Made by a program: the position numbers and the translations under genes. From an uncultured Chlorobiaceae bacterium (GTDB taxonomy: Bacteria; Bacteroidota; Ignavibacteria; UBA10030; SZUA-254), in contig CAZFXS010000008.1 in assembly GCA_964523395.1 (NCBI GenBank), positions 74,693 through 138,692 on the forward strand: a DNA stretch of 64,000 bases. Reading direction: 5' to 3'. Numbering within the stretch: position 1 is the stretch's first letter; every line of letters starts with the position of its first letter. The notes under the pieces are model-generated. The model ran no database searches, was not told the origin of the DNA, and was given only the letters and a program-made list of their open reading frames with translations. Below are positions 37,428-47,162 of the stretch, one piece after another.

Positions 37428-38690
37428 ATGCTAGATATAAAATTCATACGCGAACACCCCGATCTCGTCAGGGAAGGGATTCGCAACAAAGGGGAACACG
37501 ACACCATCGATGAACTGCTCTCGCTTGATGCGAAGCGGCGCGAGATCATACAAAAAGTCGAGGTGCTTAAAAGCCGCCGCAACACAGTCTCGGAGGAAGT
37601 CGGCAAACTGAAGCGCGAAAAGAAAGACGCTTCCGCTGTCATCGCCGAAATGGAAACCGTTAAGAACGACATCAAGGCGTTCGATGATGAACTCGCGGCC
37701 GTCGATGCCGACCTGAACAAACGTATGCTGACGGTGCCGAACATCCCGCACCCGTCGGTCCCTGTCGGTAAAAATCCCAACGACAACCAGGCAATCGCCA
37801 CATGGGGCGAGCTTCCCGTCATCGATTTCAAACCGAAACCGCACTGGGAGCTTGTCGATAAGCACGACATCATCGACTTCGAGCGCGGCGTCAAAATTAC
37901 CGGCGCGGGATTTCCCGTGTACAAAGGCGCGGGCGCGAAACTCCAGCGCGCGCTCATCAATTTCTTTCTGGATGAAGCCGCGACAAAAGGCTATAAGGAA
38001 ATCCAGCCGCCGCTCATGGTCAATACCGCCAGCGCGACCGGCACAGGACAGCTGCCCGACAAAGAAGACCTGATGTATGTCGCGACAAAAGATGAATTAT
38101 ATCTTGTCCCGACTGCCGAAGTCCCCGTTACGAATATCCACCGCGATGAAATTCTGAACGAAGATGATCTTCCCACAAAGTACTGCGCCTACACTCCATG
38201 CTTCCGTCGTGAGGCAGGATCGTACGGCAAAGATGTCCGTGGATTGAACCGTCTGCATCAGTTTGATAAAGTCGAGCTGGTGAAGTTCGTCCATCCCGGG
38301 GTTTCGTACAACGAACTCGAATCGCTTCGGCAGGACGCGGAACAGCTCCTGCAAAAACTCGGCCTCCGTTACCGTGTGCTGTTGATGTGCACCGGCGATA
38401 TGGGCTTCACGCAGACAAAGAAATATGATTTGGAAGTATGGAGCATCGGCCAGGAACGCTGGCTGGAAGTTTCTTCCATCAGCAACTTTGAGGCGTTCCA
38501 GGCGCGCAGGACAAACATCCGCTTCCGCCCGCGCGGCGGAGGGAAACCTGAATTTGTACATACGCTCAACGGCTCCGGCCTCGCGCTCCCCCGTGTCGTT
38601 GCCGCGCTGATTGAGCAATACCAGACACCGGAAGGCAAAATCATCATCCCGAAAGTCCTGCAAAAATATACCGGCTTCGAGATCATCTAA
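37428..38690 (+). CDS. serS: serine--tRNA ligase
   Basis: N-terminal coiled-coil arm ([12 protein letters not shown]...), followed by class II synthetase motifs (FRRE...[12 protein letters not shown]; GSGLALPR). Confidence 0.95.
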   Translation: MLDIKFIREHPDLVREGIRNKGEHDTIDELLSLDAKRREIIQKVEVLKSRRNTVSEEVGKLKREKKDASAVIAEMETVKNDIKAFDDELAAVDADLNKRMLTVPNIPHPSVPVGKNPNDNQAIATWGELPVIDFKPKPHWELVDKHDIIDFERGVKITGAGFPVYKGAGAKLQRALINFFLDEAATKGYKEIQPPLMVNTASATGTGQLPDKEDLMYVATKDELYLVPTAEVPVTNIHRDEILNEDDLPTKYCAYTPCFRREAGSYGKDVRGLNRLHQFDKVELVKFVHPGVSYNELESLRQDAEQLLQKLGLRYRVLLMCTGDMGFTQTKKYDLEVWSIGQERWLEVSSISNFEAFQARRTNIRFRPRGGGKPEFVHTLNGSGLALPRVVAALIEQYQTPEGKIIIPKVLQKYTGFEII

Positions 38691-38704
38691 CTGCTAAAGT
38701 TTTA

Positions 38705-38773
38705 TTGCCACAAAGACACGAAGGCACAAAGAAAACTTTGTGATCCTTAGTGTCTTTGTGACTTAGTGGCAAC
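38705..38773. repeat. nested palindromic element (TTGCCAC-AAAGACAC..[CACAAAG-aaaa-CTTTGTG]..GTGTCTTTGTG..GTGGCAA) 3' of serS
   Basis: Inverted repeats read directly from the sequence. It may be a terminator or attenuator structure. Confidence 0.5.
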
Positions 38774-38857
38774 ATACTACCTACCCATGCTTTTCTCTCA
38801 ACTCTTTTGTATCTTAAATCATTCAAACAGAACAACAGAAAAGCATTTTCCAGACGA

Positions 38858-40618
38858 ATGAAATCCCTTCTCCGGCTCAAGCCGTACCTTTTCAAATATA
38901 AACGAACGTTAGTCTTAGGGCTTCTCACCGTTGTCGGTAGTAATCTTTTTACGGTCGTCCAACCGAAACTTGTTGGTGAGGCAGTAGATACACTAAAGCA
39001 AGGCATCGAAACCAGCAACATTGATTCAGACGGATTATTACTTTACGCCGGTGCAATTGTCGGACTTTCCCTTGTCGCGGGGATTTTTACATTCCTGACA
39101 CGGCAAACACTTATTGTGATGTCACGGCATATCGAGTTCGATCTCCGCAATGATTTTCTGGGACACATCCAAAAACTTCCGCTTTCGTATTTCCAAAACA
39201 CACCAACAGGCGACCTGATGGCACACGCGACCAACGACATCAGCGCGGTGCGCAACGTGGTGGGACCCGGCGTGATGTACCCGAGCGACACACTCATGAC
39301 ATTCACCATGACGCTCGCGATGATGCTCTGGAGTGACTGGCAGTTAACACTCATGGCGCTCGTTCCTTTGCCACTCGTATCGTACGCTGTGTACCGTTTA
39401 GGAAAACTTATCCATGAAAAATTTGAAGGGCGGCAGGAACAATTTTCCAAACTGACCATGCGCGCACAGGAGAATCTCTCCGGCATCCGCATCGTAAAGG
39501 CATACGTCCGCGAAGAGTACGAAATCAACCGCTTCTTCGACTTGAGTAAGGATTACCTGCGGCGCAACCTTGTCCTCGCGAAAATCCAGTCGCTGATGTG
39601 GCCGTTGATGTTTCTGCTCGTCGGTTTTTCGCTTGTCATTACCGTCTATTATGGTGGATTGCGTGTTATCAACGGAGAAATTTCCATTGGTACGCTCACC
39701 GCCTTCTTCGGATACTTGATTTTACTGATCTGGCCGATGATCGCGTTCGGGTGGGTGACAAACATGCTGCAGCAGGGCGCCGCCTCAATGGAGCGTCTCG
39801 CGAAAATCATGGATACGAAACCGGACATCAGCGATTCTTCGGAAACGGACTACTCTATTAAAGATATCCGGGGTGGAATTGAATTCCGCAACGCGTCGTT
39901 TATGCATAAAAATGCGGTAAAACCGACGCTGGACAATATTAATCTCAAAATCTCTCAGGGACAAACAGTTGCGGTTGTCGGATATACCGGTTCAGGAAAA
40001 TCAACACTTATCAATCTTATTCCCAGATTGTATGATATCACTGCGGGCGACGTGCTGATTGATGGCGTGAACATTAAAAGCATCCCGCTTGATGTGCTGC
40101 GTTCTCATATCGGGTATGTCCAGCAGGAAACATTTTTGTTCTCGGATACTCTGAGCGACAACATTTCTTACGGAACAGATAACGGAACTGAAGGGCATGT
40201 AAAAACCGCGGCGGAAATTTCCCAGATCGCGCGCGATGTGCAGGAGTTTCCCAAAGGTTTCGAGACGATGATCGGCGAGCGGGGCATCACGCTCTCCGGC
40301 GGACAGAAACAACGTACCAGCATCGCCCGCGCCGTCATGCGCAATCCGAAAATTCTGATACTCGACGATGCCTTGTCTGCTGTCGATACTTATACAGAAG
40401 AGGAAATCCTCAAACGCCTCCGCGGCGTGATGAAAAACCGGACAAGCATTATCATCAGCCACCGTATTTCCACAGTAAAAGATGCCGATCTGATTATTGT
40501 TTTGGATAACGGAACGATAAAAGAACGCGGAACGCATGAACAGTTGGTCGCGTTGGGTGGGATCTATGCGGATCTGTATGAGAAGCAGTTGCTGGAGGAG
40601 GAGTTGGAGCAGCTATGA
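38858..40618 (+). CDS. ABC transporter permease/ATP-binding protein (type I exporter half-transporter)
   Basis: 6-TM domain followed by an NBD: Walker A (GYTGSGKST), signature (LSGGQKQR), Walker B (ILILDDALSAVD) and H-loop (SHRIST). Confidence 0.85.
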   Translation: MKSLLRLKPYLFKYKRTLVLGLLTVVGSNLFTVVQPKLVGEAVDTLKQGIETSNIDSDGLLLYAGAIVGLSLVAGIFTFLTRQTLIVMSRHIEFDLRNDFLGHIQKLPLSYFQNTPTGDLMAHATNDISAVRNVVGPGVMYPSDTLMTFTMTLAMMLWSDWQLTLMALVPLPLVSYAVYRLGKLIHEKFEGRQEQFSKLTMRAQENLSGIRIVKAYVREEYEINRFFDLSKDYLRRNLVLAKIQSLMWPLMFLLVGFSLVITVYYGGLRVINGEISIGTLTAFFGYLILLIWPMIAFGWVTNMLQQGAASMERLAKIMDTKPDISDSSETDYSIKDIRGGIEFRNASFMHKNAVKPTLDNINLKISQGQTVAVVGYTGSGKSTLINLIPRLYDITAGDVLIDGVNIKSIPLDVLRSHIGYVQQETFLFSDTLSDNISYGTDNGTEGHVKTAAEISQIARDVQEFPKGFETMIGERGITLSGGQKQRTSIARAVMRNPKILILDDALSAVDTYTEEEILKRLRGVMKNRTSIIISHRISTVKDADLIIVLDNGTIKERGTHEQLVALGGIYADLYEKQLLEEELEQL

Positions 40619-40634
40619 AAAAGCTAAGATAATT

Positions 40635-40664
40635 CAAAAGTCAAAAATAAAAAGTAAAAAGGGA
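40635..40664. repeat. AT-rich repeat (inverted copy) TCAAAAGTCAAAAATAAAAAGTAAAAAGGG upstream of four-helix-bundle ORF
   Basis: Reverse-complement-related to the direct copies at 41051-41087 and 47125-47160. Confidence 0.5.
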
Positions 40665-40670
40665 GGAGTT

Positions 40671-41033
40671 ATGTATCAAGATATCAAGGAGCGGACATTT
40701 TCGTTTGCTGTAGTAATTACGAGATTGGTAAAAACACTGTATAGAAACAGAGAGGATGATGTTTTGACAAAACAGGTATTTCGGTCAGGAACATCAATCG
40801 GCGCAAACGTGGAAGAGGCAGCTGCTTCGTATAGTAGAGATGAATATATTTACAAAATGAACATTGCGCTTAAGGAAGCCAGGGAAACTCACTATTGGCT
40901 TAGAATACTTAGAGAGTCCGAAATTGTTGAAGCAAAGCGTATACAGAATATCATTGATGAAAGTGAAGAAATCAAAAAAGTACTTGGAGCAATTGTAAGT
41001 AAGTTAAGAAACAAATCAAAGGTCAAAAATTAA
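40671..41033 (+). CDS. four-helix-bundle protein (family recalled as TIGR02436, the 23S rRNA intervening-sequence-type protein)
   Basis: About 120 aa with family blocks FRSGTSIGANVEEA and EARETHYWL. A GGAGG RBS precedes it. Composition is AT-rich. Confidence 0.8.
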   Translation: MYQDIKERTFSFAVVITRLVKTLYRNREDDVLTKQVFRSGTSIGANVEEAAASYSRDEYIYKMNIALKEARETHYWLRILRESEIVEAKRIQNIIDESEEIKKVLGAIVSKLRNKSKVKN

Positions 41034-41050
41034 CCATTATCATTAAATCC

Positions 41051-41087
41051 ATTTTTTACTTTTGACTTTTAACTTTTTACTTAATCC
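41051..41087. repeat. AT-rich repeat ATTTTTTACTTTTGACTTTTAACTTTTTACTTAATCC (direct copy 1)
   Basis: Nearly identical to the copy at 47125-47160, and an inverted relative of 40635-40664. Confidence 0.55.
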
Positions 41088-41105
41088 AGACTAAACTTAG
41101 CCCCT

Positions 41106-42884
41106 ATGCAGGAAGAAGAAATACTCGGCAAGGCATACGACAGCCGCCTGATGAAGCGCCTCATCAAGTACCTCTCGCCGTACAAATGGTACGTCGCGCT
41201 GGGGGTGCTGACGAGCGTTGCTGTATCAGGCATGGAAGCGGTGCGGCCGTGGTTTACCAAGCATGCCGTCGATGTGAATATCGCGCAGGGCGATAAGGAA
41301 GGCCTGCTGGTGACAACACTCGGCTTTCTCGGCCTGCTGATTCTGCGCGGCGCGGTTCAATACGCTAACGCGTACCTCACGCAGTGGATCGGGCAAAAAA
41401 CAATCCTCGACCTGCGCATGGAGGTGTTCCGCCATCTTCAAAGCCTCGGACTGAAATTCTTCGACCGGAATCCTATCGGCAGGCTCATCACGCGCGTCAC
41501 CAACGACATCGAGGTGTTGAACGAAATGTTCTCCTCCGGCATCGTCATGGCATTCAGCGATGTGTTTACCATTATCGGCATTCTCTATTTCATGTTCTCG
41601 ATGAACTGGGAACTCGCGCTGATCTCGCTCAGTGTTTTGCCGCTGTTGTTTTACGGGACGTTTCTGTTCAGGAAGAAAGCGCGCGAAGCGTACCGCGAAG
41701 TCCGCATACAACTGGCCCGCATCAACACGTTCATGCAGGAACATATCACCGGAATGATGGTCGATCAGATTTTTAACCGGGAAAAGAAATCCTATGAAAA
41801 ATTCTCCGGCATCAACGCGCTTCACCGCGACGCGAATATCAAATCGATACTGTATTATTCCTTTTTCTATCCCGGTGTTGAATTGATCGGCGCGCTGGCT
41901 GTCGGTTTGATTATCTGGTACGCCGGCGTGGATGCTCTCGGGGGTTCCATCACGATAGGAACAGTGATGGCATTTCTGCAATTCAATGAAATGTTCTGGC
42001 GGCCGATCCGCGACCTTTCGGAGAAATACAACATCATGCAGACCGCCATGGCGTCATCCGAGCGTGTGTTTAAATTGCTGGATGATGATACGCTGGTTCC
42101 GGTTCCTTTATCACCGTCACCGTTACAGGAGCTTCGGGGTGAGATTGAATTCCGCAATGTCTGGTTCGCGTATGTGGATGAAGATTGGGTGCTGAAAAAC
42201 GCATCCTTCACTATTAAGCCGGGAGAAACGGTGGCATTCGTCGGACATACCGGCGCGGGGAAAACGACAATCATTAATCTCCTTACAAGATTCTATGAAT
42301 TTCAACGGGGAGAAATACTTGTTGACGGTATCGATATCCGCAACATTCATCCCCATGAATTACGGAAACATCTCGCCATAGTGTTGCAGGATGTGTTTCT
42401 CTTCTCAGGAGATATTAAATCCAATATCAATCTTGGCAACGATGAAATTTCCCTTGACCGGATCAAAGCCGCTGCAAGAGTGGTGGGCGCGCACCGGTTT
42501 ATCGAACAGCTTCCCAATCAGTACGATCAGGAAGTGAAAGAACGCGGGTCGACATTGTCTGTCGGCCAGAAGCAGTTAATTTCCTTCGCGCGCGCGCTTG
42601 CCGTAAATCCGAAAATCCTCATTCTCGACGAAGCAACATCCAGCATTGATACCGAAACAGAAATCCTTATTCAGCAAGCAATACGCAAGCTTCTGCAGGG
42701 ACGGACATCACTCGTTATCGCGCACCGGCTTTCGACCATACAGCGGGCAAACAAAATTATCGTGATGCACAAGGGGGAAATCCGCGAAATGGGGACGCAT
42801 CAGGAATTGCTTTCGCTTGGAGGAATTTATTATAAATTATATCGATTGCAATACAAAGAACAGGAAATAACGGTCAATAATTAA
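41106..42884 (+). CDS. ABC transporter permease/ATP-binding protein (type I exporter half-transporter, probable heterodimer partner)
   Basis: 6-TM domain followed by an NBD: Walker A (GHTGAGKTT), signature (LSVGQKQL), Walker B (ILILDEATSSID) and H-loop (AHRLST). Confidence 0.9.
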   Translation: MQEEEILGKAYDSRLMKRLIKYLSPYKWYVALGVLTSVAVSGMEAVRPWFTKHAVDVNIAQGDKEGLLVTTLGFLGLLILRGAVQYANAYLTQWIGQKTILDLRMEVFRHLQSLGLKFFDRNPIGRLITRVTNDIEVLNEMFSSGIVMAFSDVFTIIGILYFMFSMNWELALISLSVLPLLFYGTFLFRKKAREAYREVRIQLARINTFMQEHITGMMVDQIFNREKKSYEKFSGINALHRDANIKSILYYSFFYPGVELIGALAVGLIIWYAGVDALGGSITIGTVMAFLQFNEMFWRPIRDLSEKYNIMQTAMASSERVFKLLDDDTLVPVPLSPSPLQELRGEIEFRNVWFAYVDEDWVLKNASFTIKPGETVAFVGHTGAGKTTIINLLTRFYEFQRGEILVDGIDIRNIHPHELRKHLAIVLQDVFLFSGDIKSNINLGNDEISLDRIKAAARVVGAHRFIEQLPNQYDQEVKERGSTLSVGQKQLISFARALAVNPKILILDEATSSIDTETEILIQQAIRKLLQGRTSLVIAHRLSTIQRANKIIVMHKGEIREMGTHQELLSLGGIYYKLYRLQYKEQEITVNN

Positions 42885-42892
42885 CCTCTGTC

Positions 42893-42919
42893 CACGACCT
42901 GAGGGTCGTGGCTTTTTCA
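42893..42919 (+). terminator. Rho-independent terminator
   Basis: CCACGACC-tgag-GGTCGTGG forms a perfect 8-bp stem and is followed by CTTTTTC. Confidence 0.8.
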
Positions 42920-43037
42920 TTTACTACAGTAATGAACAGCCATCATATTTTAAATACATTTGTGGGAACTTTAATATTTCTTCTTCCGTTGAAACTTTGT
43001 ATTTTGTCGCCAACATCCACTTGGAAGGAATTTTGAT

Positions 43038-44540
43038 ATGAAACGCACCGCACTAATCCTTGTATTCCTGTTTAATTTTCAGTTTCTCCTAGCACAAAGC
43101 AAACAATCAAACGCGGGTGAACGGACTTCGGTCGATCTCACCATCTACAATCAAAACTTATCGCTGATACGCGAAGAGCGAACCATCAATATCGCGAAAG
43201 GGCTGAGTAAAGTCGTAATTCCGGATATTCCGGCAACAATCGACGGCACGTCTCTTCACTTCCTCAGCCGTACAGCCCCGGCAGCGGTTAGTGTTCTCGA
43301 GCAAAATTATCAGTATGACCTTGTCAGCCAGGGGAAACTCCTTGAAAAGTACATCGGAAAGGAAGTAGAATTCATCCGTGTTAACGAAGAAACTAAAAAA
43401 GAATACACAGTCAAGGGAAAAATCCTCTCCACCGGTTACCAGGTTCAGCCCATATATGGAAGTTCTGCTACGAATTACGCGTACGTTGGAGGTATGGTAG
43501 CGGAGATTAACGGTAAAATCGAAATGAATCCGGCAGGACGCCTTGTGCTTCCGAGCTTGCCGGAAGGCTTAATACTAAAACCGCAGTTAGAATGGCTGGT
43601 CAGCAATTCACAGCCTGGCGACCACAAAAGTGAAATCAGTTATCTTGCCGGCGGGCTTTCGTGGAACGCGAATTATGTCGCGCTGCTGAATAAAGACGAC
43701 AACCAGCTCGACCTCACGGGATGGGTAACGCTGACAAACAGTTCAGGCACATCGTTTAGTAATGCAGGCTTAAAACTTGTTGCGGGCGATGTTAATGTTG
43801 TACAGGATGAGCTCGCGTTCAGAGGCGGGCGCATGATGGAGACTATGGCAAAATCCGCAGATCAGCAGCAGTTCAAACAAACCGAACTGTTCGAATATAA
43901 ACTTTACTCCCTGCAGCGAAAGACAAATCTGAACAACAATGAAACCAAACAGATTGAGCTTGTCTCCGGGAATAATGTCAGCTCGAAGAAAGTGTTTATT
44001 TATGACGGGCTGGCCGATCAATGGCGTTCATGGTACAATAATTATTCTTACAGAAATCAGGAAAGCTTCGGACAGCAATCGAATACGAAAGTCGGAGTGT
44101 TCGTTACATTTAAAAATGACGAGAAATCAGGACTGGGTATTCCACTCCCGAAAGGGAAAGTCCGCGTTTACAAACGGGATGATGATGGAAAAGAGCAGTT
44201 CATCGGCGAGGATCAGATTGATCATACACCGAAAGATGAAGAGTTACGATTATATCTCGGCAATGCATTTGATCTTGTGGGTGAACGCGCGCAGACAAAT
44301 TTCAAATCATTCCCCGGCGGACGGATGATTGAAGAGACCGTTCAGATAAAAGTCCGCAACCATAAAAATGAAACTGCAGAAGTTCAGGTATATGAGCATC
44401 CCTGGCGGTGGAGCCAGTGGGAAATTACCAAAAGCAGTACTGAGTACGTGAAGGTGGATCAGTCGACTGTGAAATTTCCAGTGAAGATTGAAAAGGATGG
44501 AGAGAAGGTGGTAACCTATACCATCAGATACAGTTGGTAA
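43038..44540 (+). CDS. hypothetical secreted protein (DUF4139/MuiA-like, tentative)
   Basis: Signal peptide. The general layout matches DUF4139-type proteins as recalled. No catalytic motifs were seen. Confidence 0.4.
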   Translation: MKRTALILVFLFNFQFLLAQSKQSNAGERTSVDLTIYNQNLSLIREERTINIAKGLSKVVIPDIPATIDGTSLHFLSRTAPAAVSVLEQNYQYDLVSQGKLLEKYIGKEVEFIRVNEETKKEYTVKGKILSTGYQVQPIYGSSATNYAYVGGMVAEINGKIEMNPAGRLVLPSLPEGLILKPQLEWLVSNSQPGDHKSEISYLAGGLSWNANYVALLNKDDNQLDLTGWVTLTNSSGTSFSNAGLKLVAGDVNVVQDELAFRGGRMMETMAKSADQQQFKQTELFEYKLYSLQRKTNLNNNETKQIELVSGNNVSSKKVFIYDGLADQWRSWYNNYSYRNQESFGQQSNTKVGVFVTFKNDEKSGLGIPLPKGKVRVYKRDDDGKEQFIGEDQIDHTPKDEELRLYLGNAFDLVGERAQTNFKSFPGGRMIEETVQIKVRNHKNETAEVQVYEHPWRWSQWEITKSSTEYVKVDQSTVKFPVKIEKDGEKVVTYTIRYSW

Positions 44541-44545
44541 GTTGA

Positions 44546-44655
44546 CAGCGGATTAAGGGATAATATCGGATAAAGCAAATGACAACAGATGACAGCGAAT
44601 GAAGAGAAATAAAAAGATTTGTTGATCCATTCGTAACCCTTTTATCCGCTGTAAT
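44546..44655. repeat. palindromic repeat region built on TGACAGCGGAT units (direct copies 44546-44562, 44583-44600; inverted copy 44636-44655)
   Basis: TGACAGCGGATTAAGGG versus the reverse complement of CCCTTTTATCCGCTGT. A further inverted copy, ATCCGTTGTCA, lies at 45096-45106 on the far side of the GxxExxY gene. Confidence 0.5.
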
Positions 44656-45064
44656 CTTTTAATCCACTGTTACGTTGCTGCCACTTTTTAGGAGGAAGGA
44701 TTCGTTTATACTGCAACTTACCTTGCCCAAAATTGACTAGGAGCCCCACCCTTAGATTAGTGAGCTGGAGATATTTAAGAACCTGAAATAAATGAAGATC
44801 GGTAAGTTCTTTGACAGATTTAATTTCCAGTATCAAACAATTATCAATTTCGAAATCGAAAAAGTTTTTCCCGATCTGCACATTTTTATACTTCATTGAA
44901 AAGTGTTTTTGCGGTGTTGCGGTAAGTTGTTGATTTGAAAACTCGAGTTGAAGTGCTCTTTGGTAATACCTTTCATGAAACCCCGGTCCAATCTCCCTGT
45001 GAACCTCCATGCAGATCCCGATTACTTTATAAGTGAGATCAGTAATATCCTTCCCTAACTCCAT
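44642..45064 (-). CDS. GxxExxY protein (PD-(D/E)XK-like small protein family)
   Basis: N-terminal KVIGICMEVHREIGPGFHERYYQ matches the GxxExxY signature, and a C-terminal LLVNFGQGKLQYKRI block is present. Confidence 0.75.
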   Translation of the reverse strand: MELGKDITDLTYKVIGICMEVHREIGPGFHERYYQRALQLEFSNQQLTATPQKHFSMKYKNVQIGKNFFDFEIDNCLILEIKSVKELTDLHLFQVLKYLQLTNLRVGLLVNFGQGKLQYKRILPPKKWQQRNSGLKDYSG

Positions 45065-45124
45065 TTATCCTCCCATTTAATTCGATCTAATCCATTTATC
45101 CGTTGTCAATCATGTAATCCGCCG

Positions 45125-46135
45125 TCACCTTTTTCCCTGAAGAAACTCTTCGCAAAGTTTTACATCTTCTTCACTGCCCAGGAATACCGGAGTATGCTGA
45201 TGCAACGATGTCGGCTGTACGTTGAGGATGCTTGTTTTACCGTTACTGGATTTTCCTCCGGCCTGTTCAATGATATAGGCCATCGGATTGCACTCATACA
45301 TCAGACGCAGTTTGCCGTCAGGATTTTTCTTATCGCCGGGGTAGGCAAAGATTCCTCCATAGAGAAGCGTACGGTGTGCATCGCCGACCATTGTGCCGAT
45401 ATAGCGGAGAGAGTACGGACGGTTCGTGGCTTTGTCGGGAGTTTTTAAATATTGAATATATTTTTGCATCCCTTCATCCCAATTCCCGTAATTGCCTTCA
45501 TTCATGCTGTAGATTTTTCCCTTCTTGGGAATTCTAATATTCTCATGAGACAGCAAAAACTCTCCGACACTGGGATCCAGAGTAAATCCGTGAACACCTT
45601 TCCCTGTTGAATACACAAAAATTGTGCTTGAGCCATAGATAATATATCCTGCCGCAACCTGCTTGTAGCCGGGCTGGAGACAGTCTTCGCGCGTTCCTTT
45701 TCCGCTTGTCGTTACACGCTTGAAGATGCTGAAAATAGAACCGATGGTAATGTTAGCATCGATGTTTGAAGAACCATCCAGCGGATCATAGAGAAGAACG
45801 TATTTTCCGGCAAAATACTCGTCGGGAATATGCAGAATGTCTTCGTTTTCTTCCGACGCCATCACGCACACATGTCCGCCGTGATCCATCGCCTTGAAAA
45901 TGGTTTCGTCGGCAAACACATCCAGTTTCTTTACGATATCGCCGCTGGTATTCGTCTGATCTGTCGTGCCGAGAACATCCACAAGTCCCGCTTTACTCAC
46001 TTCGCGCCAGACAAGTTTTGCCGCAAGAGAAAGATCGTGAAGCAAACCGGAAAATTCACCGGTCGCACCAGGATGCATTTCTTCCTGTTCGTTGATAAAA
46101 CGTTCGAGTGTCATGAATTTTTTCGGCGGCGCCAT
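45125..46135 (-). CDS. fbp: fructose-1,6-bisphosphatase class 1
   Basis: FBPase-1 blocks: DPLDGSSN metal-binding motif and a GKLRLMYECNPMA block. Length is 336 aa. Confidence 0.9.
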   Translation of the reverse strand: MAPPKKFMTLERFINEQEEMHPGATGEFSGLLHDLSLAAKLVWREVSKAGLVDVLGTTDQTNTSGDIVKKLDVFADETIFKAMDHGGHVCVMASEENEDILHIPDEYFAGKYVLLYDPLDGSSNIDANITIGSIFSIFKRVTTSGKGTREDCLQPGYKQVAAGYIIYGSSTIFVYSTGKGVHGFTLDPSVGEFLLSHENIRIPKKGKIYSMNEGNYGNWDEGMQKYIQYLKTPDKATNRPYSLRYIGTMVGDAHRTLLYGGIFAYPGDKKNPDGKLRLMYECNPMAYIIEQAGGKSSNGKTSILNVQPTSLHQHTPVFLGSEEDVKLCEEFLQGKR

Positions 46136-46327
46136 ACTTTTCTTCCCGGTGATTAAACGTGAGTGAGATTGCCTTCAGAACGGAAAAATGTAGCAAAATC
46201 CGCTCTGAGTTGCAAGGCGGTTTCTTGCCTTTCTGATGAAATCTCGGTATATTTGTCGTGCAACTACGAGGGTCTCTTCACATGAATGCCTCTCTCAGCA
46301 ACATCACATACTCACAAGAACTGAACC

Positions 46328-47074
46328 ATGAAATGTATAGTTTGTGTTAATCACGTTCCCGACACTGAAACAAAAGTAAAAATCGGCAATGACGGCAAAG
46401 TCATTGATAAAGCGGGCGTGAACTTTATGCTCAACCCCTACGACGAGTTTGCCATCGAGGCGGCATTAAAACTCAAGGAAAAATTCGGCGGTGACACACT
46501 CGCGATTTCGCTCGGCGGTGACAGTCATAAGGAAACACTCCGTAAGGCATTGGCAATGGGTGTGGACAAGGCCGTGTTACTTAAAGATGAAACCCCTCGT
46601 GATTCATATTCAATTGCACGCGCCCTTGCAGAAGAACTGAAAACACTTTCCCCCGATTGTGTGCTATTCGGCAAACAGTCGATTGATTATTCTGATGAAC
46701 AACTGCCGGGACTTGTCGCGGAATTCCTGGGATTTCCTTCCGTTTCCGTCGCGGTAAAATTAGATGTTCAGGATGGTAAAGTCATGTGTGAACGCGAAAT
46801 CGAAGGCGGGCATGAAGTCGTAGAAACAAAATTACCTGCGGTTATTTCAGCACAAAAAGGATTGAACGAACCCCGCTATCCATCACTTAAAGGAATCATG
46901 GCGGCGAAAACAAAACCGATTGAAGAGCGCCAGCCGAAAGCGTTCCCTTCAGCGGTGGAAGTTGTTACAATGAACAAACCCCCAGCAAAGCAGGCCGGCA
47001 AAGTGGTGGGAACCGATGCGACAGCCGTACCGGAGTTGGTAAGATTGCTGCATGAAGAAGCAAAGGTGATCTAA
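46328..47074 (+). CDS. etfB: electron transfer flavoprotein subunit beta
   Basis: N-terminus MKCIVCVNHVPDTETKVKI, typical of ETF-beta. Paired with etfA. Confidence 0.85.
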   Translation: MKCIVCVNHVPDTETKVKIGNDGKVIDKAGVNFMLNPYDEFAIEAALKLKEKFGGDTLAISLGGDSHKETLRKALAMGVDKAVLLKDETPRDSYSIARALAEELKTLSPDCVLFGKQSIDYSDEQLPGLVAEFLGFPSVSVAVKLDVQDGKVMCEREIEGGHEVVETKLPAVISAQKGLNEPRYPSLKGIMAAKTKPIEERQPKAFPSAVEVVTMNKPPAKQAGKVVGTDATAVPELVRLLHEEAKVI

Positions 47075-47124
47075 TACATTTACGATTTTCAATTGCCAGT
47101 TTACAATTTTTTATACAAAACTCA

Positions 47125-47160
47125 AATCTTTTTACTTTTGACTTTTTAATTTTTACTTGA
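47125..47160. repeat. AT-rich repeat AATCTTTTTACTTTTGACTTTTTAATTTTTACTTGA (direct copy 2)
   Basis: About 29 of 31 nt identical to 41051-41087. It lies in the etfB-etfA spacer immediately before the etfA ATG. Confidence 0.55.
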
Positions 47161-47162
47161 TT

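Noticed and set aside
37307-37960. 217-aa minus-strand ORF overlapping the 5' end of serS (and the antisense ORF at 37431-37865).
   Set aside because: It lies antisense to a highly confident serS, its translation is Ser/Ala-rich low complexity, and it is presumed spurious.
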